In this document: in pieces, positions 47,274 through 56,570 of the stretch | Numbering within the stretch: position 1 is the first letter of the stretch | Layout of the letters: the number at the start of each line of letters is the position of its first letter | Assembly (NCBI GenBank): GCA_045612485.1 | Contig: JAZKZE010000109.1 | Coordinates: forward strand, 1,483 to 65,482 | Length of the DNA: 64,000 nucleotides | Origin: Victivallales bacterium | Lineage (GTDB): Bacteria; Verrucomicrobiota; Lentisphaeria; Victivallales; UBA1829 | Direction of reading: 5' to 3' | Translations under genes and position numbers: made by a program | The notes under the pieces: model-generated | What the model saw: the letters and a program-made list of their open reading frames with translations, nothing else | Databases searched by the model: none | What the model was told of the DNA's origin: nothing

Positions 47274-48380
47274 TTAAGGTGTGCAATATTTTCTGAACAC
47301 CTCAAAATATCCTTTTTCAATCATAACACTGCCGTTGCAGATCATAAGGGTACGTCCGCCGGAAGCGAGAATGGTCTGTAATTCCTTTTCCAGATCAGCA
47401 GGGGACTTATATCCCAGACTGGTAGTTTTTGAACTGTTGATTCCAAGAAAAGGGATTCCTTCTGTAAAAGAATAATGATCTTTGGCGTGTTCCACCACAT
47501 AGCGTGTATAACTGTCAATCTTTTTCAGTGGCCATTTGAAATACCATGCCACAGTCTGTCCGCAGTAATCCAGTTTCAAACGGTTGCCGAAAAGGGGATC
47601 TGCCTGAAAATCAGGATATAAGTGAGCAACGATCTTGAAATCAGGGCGTTTGCTTTTTACATAATCAACAGCTTTATTATAATATTTCACAAGTTCATTT
47701 CTGTAAAAAATATCTCTGTTTGCCTGTATATCAGATAACTTATTCTTTTTGAGAAACTCTTGCAATTTTTCCTGACAGTTTTTGCAGTAACACCCTTTAT
47801 GATTGATATAACCGATATAATCAAAATAGATTCCTTTTACTCCGGGAACAGCATTTTTCAGAATTTTATCCAGTCTTTTTCCGGAATAGCTGAAATCGGC
47901 ATCACTGATAAAGCAGTTGATATTTTCATTCAGAACATCCATTTCCACCTCTTTCTCTCCACCGTAACGGTACCTCTTTTCAACCCTGCGGCGATGAATG
48001 ATCTTATTGCGTTCTTCTCTGGAGATTTTCTTATCCAGATCCCTGCCGCCTATGTAAATACGATACTTTTCTTCTTCCGGTGCCACCACTTGAAAATGAG
48101 GTCCCGCCGGTGTGAATGTGCCGCAATAAGGAGTCATTCCATATTTGACAGCAAAATCATATTGTTTTTTATTGCTGACCGGAATATCCGTTACTCCGGC
48201 TTCAGCATACCGTTTTGCAGCATTTTCATCCGTGGGGCGTCCCCAGCAGAATACTCTTGTAAAACGGGGGGTAGCTTCTGCTTCAGAATGTTTATTTTTT
48301 ATACAGCACCCGGTAAGCAAAATAAAGGAGAAAAGAAATACGGGAAAAAGAATTTTATTCATGGAAAAATTTGTAAACAT
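47274..48380 (-). CDS. lipoprotein, possible glycoside-hydrolase-like TIM barrel (GHL/DUF187-like), function uncertain
   Basis: Lipobox FILLTGCC. The segment GIYFDYIGYINHKGCYCKNCQEKL is reminiscent of GHL10-type proteins. This is weak evidence. Confidence 0.5.
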   Translation of the reverse strand: MFTNFSMNKILFPVFLFSFILLTGCCIKNKHSEAEATPRFTRVFCWGRPTDENAAKRYAEAGVTDIPVSNKKQYDFAVKYGMTPYCGTFTPAGPHFQVVAPEEEKYRIYIGGRDLDKKISREERNKIIHRRRVEKRYRYGGEKEVEMDVLNENINCFISDADFSYSGKRLDKILKNAVPGVKGIYFDYIGYINHKGCYCKNCQEKLQEFLKKNKLSDIQANRDIFYRNELVKYYNKAVDYVKSKRPDFKIVAHLYPDFQADPLFGNRLKLDYCGQTVAWYFKWPLKKIDSYTRYVVEHAKDHYSFTEGIPFLGINSSKTTSLGYKSPADLEKELQTILASGGRTLMICNGSVMIEKGYFEVFRKYCTP

Positions 48381-48471
48381 AGAATTTCCTCTATTTTTTT
48401 AATTAACAATTCACAGGAATTAATATAGCACAAAAAATGGAAAAGTAAAGAAGGAAAGTCCGGCTGAATCA

Positions 48472-48520
48472 GGAAACAAAAAACTCCGGCGGAACCCGGA
48501 ATATCACAGGTTTGCCGGAG
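48472..48520 (-). terminator. Rho-independent terminator after the BI-1 gene
   Basis: Minus strand has a CTCCGGC...GCCGGAG hairpin followed by TTTTTTGTTT. Confidence 0.6.
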
Positions 48521-48553
48521 CATATTTTTCTTAAAAAAAATCAAAGACTTCTG

Positions 48554-49258
48554 TCAATCCCTTCTGCCGAAGATACGCAGAATGTAAAGGAAAAGATTGA
48601 TAAAATCAAGATACAGGGACAATGCCCCGAGAATGGCGATCTTGCGGACAGTTTCACTGTTTTCCATTCCGGATTCCAGGAACATCATCTTGATTTTCTG
48701 GGCATCATAAGCAGTCAGCCCCACAAATACCAGAACCCCCACATAACTGATGATAAGGTTGAAAGTATTGTTCATCCAGAACATATTGACCACAGACGCG
48801 ATCACAAGTCCGATCAATGCCATAAGGAAAAGATTGCCGAATCTTGTAAGATCCGTCTTTGTTACAGATCCATAGATCGCCATTGCCGCAAAAGTCCCGG
48901 CAGTAACGGCGAAAGCGGAGGCGATCACCGTCTGGGTATAGGCAATAAAGATAAAGGACAAAGTCACCCCGTTCACCAGCGAATAGGCTATAAAAAGAGC
49001 CGTTGCCGTCGCCGCTGACATTTTGTTGATCCCGGCAGAGATCCAGATCACAAGACCGATCTCCACAAGGAAAAGCACAATGCAAAGTCCGGGACTTGTC
49101 ACAAGTTTACGGGAAAGTTCAGGACTTGTCCCCACGGCCCATGCTGCTACACCGCTGATGAGAAGAGCAAAAGTCATCCACCAATAAACGTTGGCAAGAC
49201 AGGCACTCAATGCGGAAGCTGCCCTTTGAGTCACATAAGAATCGTTGTCTTCATACAT
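48554..49258 (-). CDS. Bax inhibitor-1/YccA family membrane protein
   Basis: Seven TM segments and the C-terminal signature GALSLYLDFINLFLYILRIFG. Confidence 0.85.
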   Translation of the reverse strand: MYEDNDSYVTQRAASALSACLANVYWWMTFALLISGVAAWAVGTSPELSRKLVTSPGLCIVLFLVEIGLVIWISAGINKMSAATATALFIAYSLVNGVTLSFIFIAYTQTVIASAFAVTAGTFAAMAIYGSVTKTDLTRFGNLFLMALIGLVIASVVNMFWMNNTFNLIISYVGVLVFVGLTAYDAQKIKMMFLESGMENSETVRKIAILGALSLYLDFINLFLYILRIFGRRD

Positions 49259-49348
49259 AATAACCTCCTTTGATTGTTTGTACAGACAAATAAATTACAA
49301 TATTGTTCGGTAAGATACTCCTGATTACTGAAATTTCAACCGGCAATC

Positions 49349-49392
49349 GGAAAAAAATAAAAAAATCCGGAAGATATATCATCCTCCGGATT
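49349..49392 (-). terminator. Rho-independent terminator after secDF
   Basis: Minus strand has an AATCCGGA...TCCGGATT hairpin followed by TTTTTTTATTTTTTT. Confidence 0.65.
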
Positions 49393-49414
49393 GAATAGTC
49401 AGATAAAAAACTTA

Positions 49415-51985
49415 TCAGACAGCGGTTTCCTTGCTCTCTTCCGCTTTCCCATTCCCCATTTCAAGCTGTGTGGGCTTGTGCCAGTAGGCAATAATGGTAT
49501 TGGTGATGAAGATGGAGGAGTAGGAACCGAAGATCATACCAAAGAGCATCACAGACACAAAGTCACGGATACCGGGACCGCCGAAAATCACCTGCATAAG
49601 CAGCACCATCATGGTGGTGACAGTCGTGAGGATCGTACGGGAAAGGGTCTGGTTCACACTCAGATTGATCAATCCCCAGTAAGTACAGGAGCCGTTCTTC
49701 ATAAGAGTGAGGTTTTCACGCACACGGTCGAAGGTAACGATAGTATCGTTGATGGAGATACCGATGATGGTAAGTGCCGCTGCCACCACATTCATGGTGA
49801 TCTGACCGCCCAGCATCAGGTAAAGACCGATACTTGTGACAACGTCATGCAGAAGAACGATGTTTCCGGCAATGGAGTAGGCAAACTGGAACCGGAAGGT
49901 CATATACAGGATCATCACAGCAAAGGAGAGGATCATGGAGATGATGGAGATCTTCAGGAAGGTGGATCCGATCAAAGCTCCCAGTGTGGACTGGGACTTG
50001 GGAACAAACTTGCTGTCAGGATATGCCTTCTGCAATGCTTTGGTCACAGCCTCATTGATCGCTGTCCCCTGTTCAGCAGTTGCAGCCTGTTCTTTTTTGT
50101 CACGGATGAGGATTTCCACTTCCCGTTCATCGCCGCCGGCACCGCCAGCTTTGTAGGTGATCTTGTTTTCAAAACCCTGTTTGGTAAGGAATGCATCCAG
50201 TTTTTCAGCGGGAACAGCTTTTGCATAGGAATACACCAGCTGGGTACCGCCTGTAAAGTCAATACTCAAACAATCCTTTCCTCTCACACATACCACAACG
50301 ATGGCAGCAAGGATAAAGAGTGTGGAAAATCCGATGGCATACCATCTCTTACCCAGGAAGTCAAAGTTGGGTTCCTTGATGAATGCGCACATCTTGAGAC
50401 TTGTAACATGGAAGAAACGCATCATAAGATCGAAGAGCAGTCTGGTAAGGAACACCGCAGTAAACATGGTGGTGAATACACCGATAGCCAATGTCACTGC
50501 AAAACCTTTGATCGCCCCAGTTCCCTGCCACAGAAGAACCATGGACACGAAAAGGGTGGTAAGGTTGGAGTCAAAAATGGCACTGTATGCACGGTCAAAA
50601 CCCAGATCCACAGCATTCTGCAGAGTCTTGCCTGCATTGATTTCTTCACGGATACGCTCATAAATAAGCACGTTTGCGTCAACAGCCATACCGAAGGTAA
50701 GGATGATACCGGCAATACCGGGCAATGTAAGCGTCACGTCAAATGCGGCAATGGCACCAAGGATCAATACGCCGTTGAGTGCAAGAGAAATAACAGCAAT
50801 GACACCGCTCTTGAGGTAGTAAACGATCATAAAGATCATAACTACGATAAGACCGGCGATACCGCTGTAGATACCGTCGCGGATAGTGGTTTTACCGATA
50901 AGGGGGTCGATGTCGGACTGTGCCTGGATCTCCATGGAGAAAGGCACACTTCCGGAAACGAGGGCGTTGGAAATGTTTTCCGCATCTTCACGGGAGAAGT
51001 TACCGGAGATCTGGGCGTTGCCGCCTGTGATCGCCTGACGGATCACAGGAGCGGAATAGAGCTGACCATCCAGAACGATACCAAGTCTGCGGCCTACGTT
51101 GCGGCTGGTGACCTCACCGAACTGAACTGCACCCTTGTGTTTGAAGGAGAGAAGGATCTCACGCTGACCGAACTGGTCCATGGCGGCATAAGCATTGTCG
51201 ATCTCTTTCCCGTCCATCTGTGCTTCACGTTCCACAAGATAAACTTCTTCAACAAGTTTGCCGTCACGCATTTCCTGGGATTTGAGAAGTTCATATCCTT
51301 CAGGAGCAGTAAAAGTCTTGGGATTGGCATAATATGCCTGGAGTTCCCGTTCATTGTCAGGATGGATGAGACGGAACTGGAGTCTGGCGGAAAGTTTCAC
51401 CAGATTTTCAATAACGATCTTTTCTTCCTTGGTGGCAAGAGGCACACGCATGGAAATATATTCACGTCCGGCAGGAGTGATATCCGCTTCATAGATATTT
51501 TTTCCGGTAAGACGTTTGCGCAGTGTTTCAATGGCAATATCTCTGTACTGGTCGAAATTCTTTTCGATCTTTTCCCTGTCCGCTTTTTCAGGAACAAGGG
51601 CAAGCATGAATTCCGCACCACCGTCCAGGTCGATACCGAGACGGATGGAACCGGCAGAGTTTTTACGGATCACAGAGATCACGTCACGGTTGGTGGTGAT
51701 CTTCTGGCTTTTTACAATAACAGGTTTCACCAGAGAAGCAAGCTGAACACCTTTTTCCGCAGCAACAGTTTCCAGTGCGGCAGAATTGGAGGGAGCTTCC
51801 CCTTTGGCATATTTGGCTTTGGCTGCTTCAATAACTTCGGCAGCTGTCTTGGAAGAGGGATCCGCAAGAATACCTTTGAAGGTATCATAGAAATCCCGCT
51901 GTCCCAGGGGATACATGGAAAAGAGGAAGACGCCCAGCACAAGCAGGGCGAAAACCGATCTTAAAATTACAGGTTTCTTGTTCAT
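49415..51985 (-). CDS. secDF: Protein translocase subunit SecDF (fused)
   Basis: The 856-aa protein has a large periplasmic domain and two 6-TM SecD/SecF modules (e.g. DANVLIYERIREE, NDTIVTFDRVREN). ATGA overlap with yajC. Confidence 0.95.
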   Translation of the reverse strand: MNKKPVILRSVFALLVLGVFLFSMYPLGQRDFYDTFKGILADPSSKTAAEVIEAAKAKYAKGEAPSNSAALETVAAEKGVQLASLVKPVIVKSQKITTNRDVISVIRKNSAGSIRLGIDLDGGAEFMLALVPEKADREKIEKNFDQYRDIAIETLRKRLTGKNIYEADITPAGREYISMRVPLATKEEKIVIENLVKLSARLQFRLIHPDNERELQAYYANPKTFTAPEGYELLKSQEMRDGKLVEEVYLVEREAQMDGKEIDNAYAAMDQFGQREILLSFKHKGAVQFGEVTSRNVGRRLGIVLDGQLYSAPVIRQAITGGNAQISGNFSREDAENISNALVSGSVPFSMEIQAQSDIDPLIGKTTIRDGIYSGIAGLIVVMIFMIVYYLKSGVIAVISLALNGVLILGAIAAFDVTLTLPGIAGIILTFGMAVDANVLIYERIREEINAGKTLQNAVDLGFDRAYSAIFDSNLTTLFVSMVLLWQGTGAIKGFAVTLAIGVFTTMFTAVFLTRLLFDLMMRFFHVTSLKMCAFIKEPNFDFLGKRWYAIGFSTLFILAAIVVVCVRGKDCLSIDFTGGTQLVYSYAKAVPAEKLDAFLTKQGFENKITYKAGGAGGDEREVEILIRDKKEQAATAEQGTAINEAVTKALQKAYPDSKFVPKSQSTLGALIGSTFLKISIISMILSFAVMILYMTFRFQFAYSIAGNIVLLHDVVTSIGLYLMLGGQITMNVVAAALTIIGISINDTIVTFDRVRENLTLMKNGSCTYWGLINLSVNQTLSRTILTTVTTMMVLLMQVIFGGPGIRDFVSVMLFGMIFGSYSSIFITNTIIAYWHKPTQLEMGNGKAEESKETAV

Positions 51986-52398
51986 TTCTTTTCAGGCTCC
52001 GCATTGGCTGCTTCATTCCGTACGATCTGGCTGACAGCATTTTTCAATACTTTGATGCGGGCATTATCAGAGATCTTGATAACAAAGTGATCTTCTTTGA
52101 CCGTATCAACAGTACCCATGATACCGCCGATGGTCACGATCTCTTCGCCCACTTTGATGGAAGAAAGCATCTCTTCTTTTTTCTTGCGTTCTTTTCTCTG
52201 ACCGTTCCACATAAGGAAAATAAATACTCCCATGATCACGATAAAGGGAACCATTCCGCCAAGGCCTTCCATCATGCTCTGGGGCTTTTTGGGTGCGGCA
52301 GAACCATCTTTTTGGACAGGCATCTCTGTCTTTACATTGACATTATTGTTTGCGGTTGCTGTGCCGAGGGCACCATTTGCGATTGTGTAGATCGTCAT
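51982..52398 (-). CDS. yajC: Preprotein translocase subunit YajC
   Basis: A single TM segment followed by QRKERKKKEEMLSSIKVGEEIVTIGGIMGTV. Confidence 0.85.
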   Translation of the reverse strand: MTIYTIANGALGTATANNNVNVKTEMPVQKDGSAAPKKPQSMMEGLGGMVPFIVIMGVFIFLMWNGQRKERKKKEEMLSSIKVGEEIVTIGGIMGTVDTVKEDHFVIKISDNARIKVLKNAVSQIVRNEAANAEPEKK

Positions 52399-52555
52399 AC
52401 TTTTTCTCCATATTTAAGTTACTTTTTATTCGTATGATCCTGTAATTTACTCCATAAATCTTCAAGTGCAAGGAAAAAAAGGCTTTTTCGACAGAAAAAA
52501 CTGCATAAAAGCACATTTTTACAGCGATTTTCCCTGTTCACCTCATACAGGATGG

Positions 52556-52593
52556 AAAATGAAAAAGCCGGTACTCTTTTTCAGGGCACCGGC
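52556..52593 (-). terminator. Rho-independent terminator after jag
   Basis: Minus strand has a GCCGGT...ACCGGC hairpin followed by TTTTTCATTTT. Confidence 0.6.
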
Positions 52594-52599
52594 AGAAAA

Positions 52600-53460
52600 T
52601 CACTTTTTCAAAGAAATGGTCACGCTCTTGAGTGCCCCTTCGCCGGAACTTTCCGTGACAAGATCCGCTTCATTTTCCAGAGTGATGTGGATGATGCGGC
52701 GGTCATGGGAGTTCATTGGAGGCAGAGTCTTGGGTTCGCCCCAACGACGCACTTCCTTGGCGGAATCCAGAGCCTGCTGACGCAGATTGTCATCAACATC
52801 GGAACCGCCTTCAGAAAAATCCCTGCGGAAATTTCTTCCTCTTCCGCGGTCATCAAAATTTCTTCTGCGGCCGCCTTTATCCCCTTTTCCTTTATCGGAA
52901 TGATCTCCGCGGTCTTTGCGTTCATTGCGGGAAGCATATCCGTCAAGATCAATGTACACCTTCGGAAAATCAGGATTTTCCTTCTGCATCATCTTGTTGA
53001 GGATCAGCTGGAGACTTTCCAGTGTCTGACCTTTGCGTCCGATGATGCGTCCGGCATCTTCACTGTTCACATAAAGGTTGATCTTGCTTGTACGGCCTTC
53101 CGCCTTCACGGTTCCTTCCAGTCCCAGGTAGTCCAGCATGGTCACAAGTGCCACTCTGGTCTTGTCCACCATTTCCTGTGTCACAGGAATAACGGTGCGT
53201 TCACGACGGTTTTTACGCCCTTCCTTTTCCCCATCTTCAGTAGTTTCATCGTCTTCTTCGCAGGAACAGCAGCAGGGTTCTTCAGAAACTTTTTCATCGC
53301 TGCAGCAGCAACAGCAGCAATTTTCTTCCTGAACTTTTTCTGCGCATTCACTGTTTTCAACAGGATGAGCAGGAACATTTTCTGCGGCGGCAACTGCTTC
53401 GGCAGGGGAGGAAATGTTTTCTCCGGCAGGAGCTTCCACCATGTCTTTTTCGTTTTCCAT
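52600..53460 (-). CDS. jag: Jag/KhpB (SpoIIIJ-associated) RNA-binding protein, KH + R3H domains, with poly-Cys acidic insert
   Basis: KH region RIIGRKGQTLESLQLILNKMM and R3H region MNSHDRRIIHITLEN. Located downstream of yidC, the usual position. The N-terminal region contains CCCCCC and CCCSC. Confidence 0.85.
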   Translation of the reverse strand: MENEKDMVEAPAGENISSPAEAVAAAENVPAHPVENSECAEKVQEENCCCCCCSDEKVSEEPCCCSCEEDDETTEDGEKEGRKNRRERTVIPVTQEMVDKTRVALVTMLDYLGLEGTVKAEGRTSKINLYVNSEDAGRIIGRKGQTLESLQLILNKMMQKENPDFPKVYIDLDGYASRNERKDRGDHSDKGKGDKGGRRRNFDDRGRGRNFRRDFSEGGSDVDDNLRQQALDSAKEVRRWGEPKTLPPMNSHDRRIIHITLENEADLVTESSGEGALKSVTISLKK

Positions 53461-53478
53461 AATTTCAAGCCTTTGCTT

Positions 53479-55206
53479 TTATGCGGGTTCAGAACCGGAG
53501 CTTTTCGCTTCCTTTTCCTCTTCCCTTTTTGCTATATATTGTGTATATTTCATCTGTAAAATACTGAAAATCTGGCTGACGGTCCAGTACAAAGTAAGCC
53601 CGGAAGGCAGATTGTAAAGCATGACCAGCATAATGATGGGCATAAACATCATCATCTTCTGCTGCATGGGATCGGCTCCGGTAGTGGGGGTCATCTTCTG
53701 CTGCCAGACCATAAGAGCTGTCATAATAAGGATAAGGGGATGTATCCCGTAGCCGAAAAGGAACTGGGGCCCCACAAGGTCGGGTTTGGTCAGGTCGGCA
53801 GCCCACAGGAAGGAAACATGGCGAAGTTCCACAGAGGCATCCAGTGCAGAATACAATGCAAGGAATACCGGGATCTGAAGCAGGATAGGCAGACAGCCGC
53901 CCAGGGGGTTCACTCCTTCTTTGCGGTAAAGTTCCATCATCTTCTGATTCATCAGCTGGGGATTGTCTTTATATTTTTCCTTGAGCTCTTTTACCATGGG
54001 GCCGACTTTCTGCATCTTACGCATGGAGTTGTTTGCCTTCTGGGTCACAGGCCAGAACACAACACGGACGATAATGGTAAGAAGGATGATGGCAACACCG
54101 TAAGAGCCGCACCACTCTTTCAAGTACTTAAGGAAAACCACCAGCGGACGGGCAAGAAATTCCATGAAGGAGAAGTAGGAAAGGTGCAGAACGCCGATAG
54201 CAGTTTCCGGAAGTTTTTTGATCTCTTCCACACTCTTGGGTCCGGTGTAGCAACTCACTTCAACGGTGCAGGGAACATTGGCAAGAAGGGTTACATTGTT
54301 ATACACCCCGCCGACGGAGGGGACAAAATAATTTTCCTCCGGATCTTCCGGCATGGGCTTTGCCATTCTGGTCAACTGAAAACCGCCGTCAAAAGGTTTG
54401 GCAGGAAACATGAGAGAAGCAAAATATTTATTGGAAGTCCCGATCCAGTCAACCGGGGAACTGACAGCCGCCTTTTTGAATTTTTCCTCTTTGGAGGAGG
54501 GACTCACAGAGGAAAGTTTTTTAGCAGAGGCATGACAGAATTCGATATTGTGGGGATCATTGTAAAGAGAATCCCCGGCAAGATATTTAAGCGGGGGAAG
54601 TCCGGCATTCCACAGAACAAGTTTGGAAAGCACCACAGGAGTAGAGCTCAAGTTGACAATGGAATAAACACATTTAAGAGAGTAGGATGCAGGTGCAAGA
54701 GAAAAGATCTGTGTAATGCGGATGGTATTTTTGCCATCGGTATAAAGTTTCTGAAGTGTGACAGATTCCTGATTGGAAGCATACTTTTCCACTTTGGCAA
54801 GCTGCCAGGGGGCGGGAAGCGCAAGAGCAAAACTGCGCACGGATGGATCTTCAGGAACAAACTCCACATCCTTCTTCTTGTCGGAAGTGTGTTTATATTT
54901 GAAAAACACACTTTTCACCACACTTCCTGTGGCAGGATCAATACTGAAAGAAACAAAATCATTACGCAATATCAGAGCAGGATAAACTTTCTGCACTTCC
55001 ACTTTTACCGCTTTCACAGGAGCGGGAGCCTGAACAGGAGCCTTTTGTGCTTCAGGCACAGTATTTTTCACAGGGACAGTCGGCACGAGAAGTCCCTGGG
55101 GATTTTCAACAGCATCTTTTTTGGAGTAGGAGGTAAAATACCACCAGCCCGCAAGAAATATAACGGCGATCAGGATCACCACAACAGATTCTTTATCAAA
55201 TTTCAC
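53479..55206 (-). CDS. yidC: Membrane protein insertase YidC
   Basis: Large periplasmic domain plus the 60-kDa IMP core (GCLPILLQIPVFLALY, LYWTVSQIFSILQ). Confidence 0.95.
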   Translation of the reverse strand: MKFDKESVVVILIAVIFLAGWWYFTSYSKKDAVENPQGLLVPTVPVKNTVPEAQKAPVQAPAPVKAVKVEVQKVYPALILRNDFVSFSIDPATGSVVKSVFFKYKHTSDKKKDVEFVPEDPSVRSFALALPAPWQLAKVEKYASNQESVTLQKLYTDGKNTIRITQIFSLAPASYSLKCVYSIVNLSSTPVVLSKLVLWNAGLPPLKYLAGDSLYNDPHNIEFCHASAKKLSSVSPSSKEEKFKKAAVSSPVDWIGTSNKYFASLMFPAKPFDGGFQLTRMAKPMPEDPEENYFVPSVGGVYNNVTLLANVPCTVEVSCYTGPKSVEEIKKLPETAIGVLHLSYFSFMEFLARPLVVFLKYLKEWCGSYGVAIILLTIIVRVVFWPVTQKANNSMRKMQKVGPMVKELKEKYKDNPQLMNQKMMELYRKEGVNPLGGCLPILLQIPVFLALYSALDASVELRHVSFLWAADLTKPDLVGPQFLFGYGIHPLILIMTALMVWQQKMTPTTGADPMQQKMMMFMPIIMLVMLYNLPSGLTLYWTVSQIFSILQMKYTQYIAKREEEKEAKSSGSEPA

Positions 55207-55329
55207 AATTTACCCTTTCCCTGCAGTTGACTCTTTTGTTTCAACTGCTGTTTTACCGGACAGATCCATCACTACTCCGGTCATATCTTCATTCTACTCC
55301 GGCTCAGCCGGAAACATTCAGGCAACAAA

Positions 55330-55608
55330 CTATTTTCTTTCCCCAGGAACATCGTTTTTATAAAAAAGACTGCTCAGGGAAAACTCTTCCGGCACCGGAT
55401 CATACCCTCCTTTACAGAAAGGATGACAACGCAACAGACGACACAATGCCAGAACTATGCCTTTAACTGCACCGTGTTTAAGTACAGATTCCGCAGCATA
55501 AGCGGAACAACTGGGATGAAAACGGCAGCAACGGGGCAGATAAGGGGATATACAGCATTTATAGATCCGCAGCAAAAGCAGAAAAAAACCGGACACAGAA
55601 AGCGTCAA
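55330..55608 (-). CDS. yidD: Membrane protein insertion efficiency factor YidD
   Basis: [35 protein letters not shown]. Start proposed at TTG 55608, overlapping the rnpA stop as TTGA. The longest ATG ORF (to 55737) would overlap rnpA by 133 nt. Confidence 0.8.
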   Translation of the reverse strand: MTLSVSGFFLLLLRIYKCCISPYLPRCCRFHPSCSAYAAESVLKHGAVKGIVLALCRLLRCHPFCKGGYDPVPEEFSLSSLFYKNDVPGERK

Positions 55609-56003
55609 TTTGAATTCCGGGAAGTATCCTTCCACGGCGTCATCCCTGACTTCTTCATCAGATAAAGCAGCTGGGACGCAACTGCATCCATCTTCATCTT
55701 CAGGATCTCTCTCCTGGGAATAAGCAGGATCCGGCACCCTTTCATCTCCACTTTACTGCTCAAAACACGCATTGCTTCATGCAAAAGACGTTTTGCACGG
55801 TTCCGCCGTACAGCTCTCTTATCGAACTTCCGGCTGCAAATCACCCCGTAATGAACTCCGCTTTCAGATTCCGGACATGGTGCATAGATCAGCAAGGTAC
55901 AGTATGAAGTATATTTCCGACCATTTTCCCGGACATAATCAAATTCACTTTTCAAAGTAAATCTGTTTTCCCGTCCGATAAGTCCAGCACCGCGTTCCGA
56001 CAT
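55605..56003 (-). CDS. rnpA: Ribonuclease P protein component
   Basis: [18 protein letters not shown] is the RNR motif. Positioned between rpmH and yidD. Confidence 0.85.
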   Translation of the reverse strand: MSERGAGLIGRENRFTLKSEFDYVRENGRKYTSYCTLLIYAPCPESESGVHYGVICSRKFDKRAVRRNRAKRLLHEAMRVLSSKVEMKGCRILLIPRREILKMKMDAVASQLLYLMKKSGMTPWKDTSRNSN

Positions 56004-56073
56004 CTTACACCGTATTCACCACAGAAACAGCCGGGAGAAATTTTCATTTCTCCGGCTGCATTCAGCAGAAAAA

Positions 56074-56211
56074 TTACACAAGAGCAAGACGTTTACGACC
56101 TTTGGCACGACGTCTGGCAAGGACCTTGCGGCCGCCTTTGGTTGCCATTCTTGCTCTGAAACCGCAACGGCGGGCTCTGACGAGTCTGGAGGGCTGATAA
56201 GTTCTTTTCAT
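56074..56211 (-). CDS. rpmH: 50S ribosomal protein L34
   Basis: Not in the ORF track (45 aa). Reverse translation gives [45 protein letters not shown]. Confidence 0.95.
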   Translation of the reverse strand: MKRTYQPSRLVRARRCGFRARMATKGGRKVLARRRAKGRKRLALV

Positions 56212-56570
56212 TTTGTTACCTTTCCCCTCCGCATTTTCTACGGAGGCTTGTTATTGTTTTATTACCGATTTGGAATCACAAAAATTGAGCAACTAATATA
56301 CTCTCATTACCATATTTTTCAAGTGCAAACGCACCCTTTTCGATAAAAAAATCACTTTTTTTATTTTTTTACAACCTTCAAAACCCATTTCCGGCAACTT
56401 TCTTTTCTCTTTTTTTCATTATACCGGGTTTTACAATTGAAATTTATCCCGTACGCGTATATATTATTAGTTTAAAGTCCCGCATGTATGTAATAACATT
56501 TTCTCCATCCGGGTACAGCAGCAGACAAAAATTCTTTAACATACACAACAACCAACAAGGAAAGAAGATC

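Noticed and set aside
48440-48500. GGAAAGTCCGGCT resembling the RNase P RNA P4 motif (GAGGAAAGUCCGGGC)
   Set aside because: The 170-bp intergenic region is too short for RNase P RNA and lacks its other conserved blocks. The adjacent CTCCGGC...GCCGGAG hairpin with a T-run is explained as the terminator of the BI-1 gene.
49391-51964. 857-aa ORF on the plus strand
   Set aside because: Antisense shadow of secDF. The composition is biased (H/G/D/T-rich) and there is no recognisable domain.
55609-55737. Long N-terminal extension of yidD (ATG at 55737)
   Set aside because: It would overlap rnpA by 133 nt and add an acidic segment that is not seen in YidD proteins. The TTG at 55608, overlapping the rnpA stop, is the more plausible start.
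56212-56570. AT-rich 360-bp spacer next to the rpmH-rnpA-yidC cluster as a possible oriC
   Set aside because: No dnaA gene is adjacent, and I found no good TTATCCACA-type DnaA boxes. The best candidates, such as TTATCCCGT, are poor matches. Divergent rpmH and ileS promoters explain the spacer more simply.
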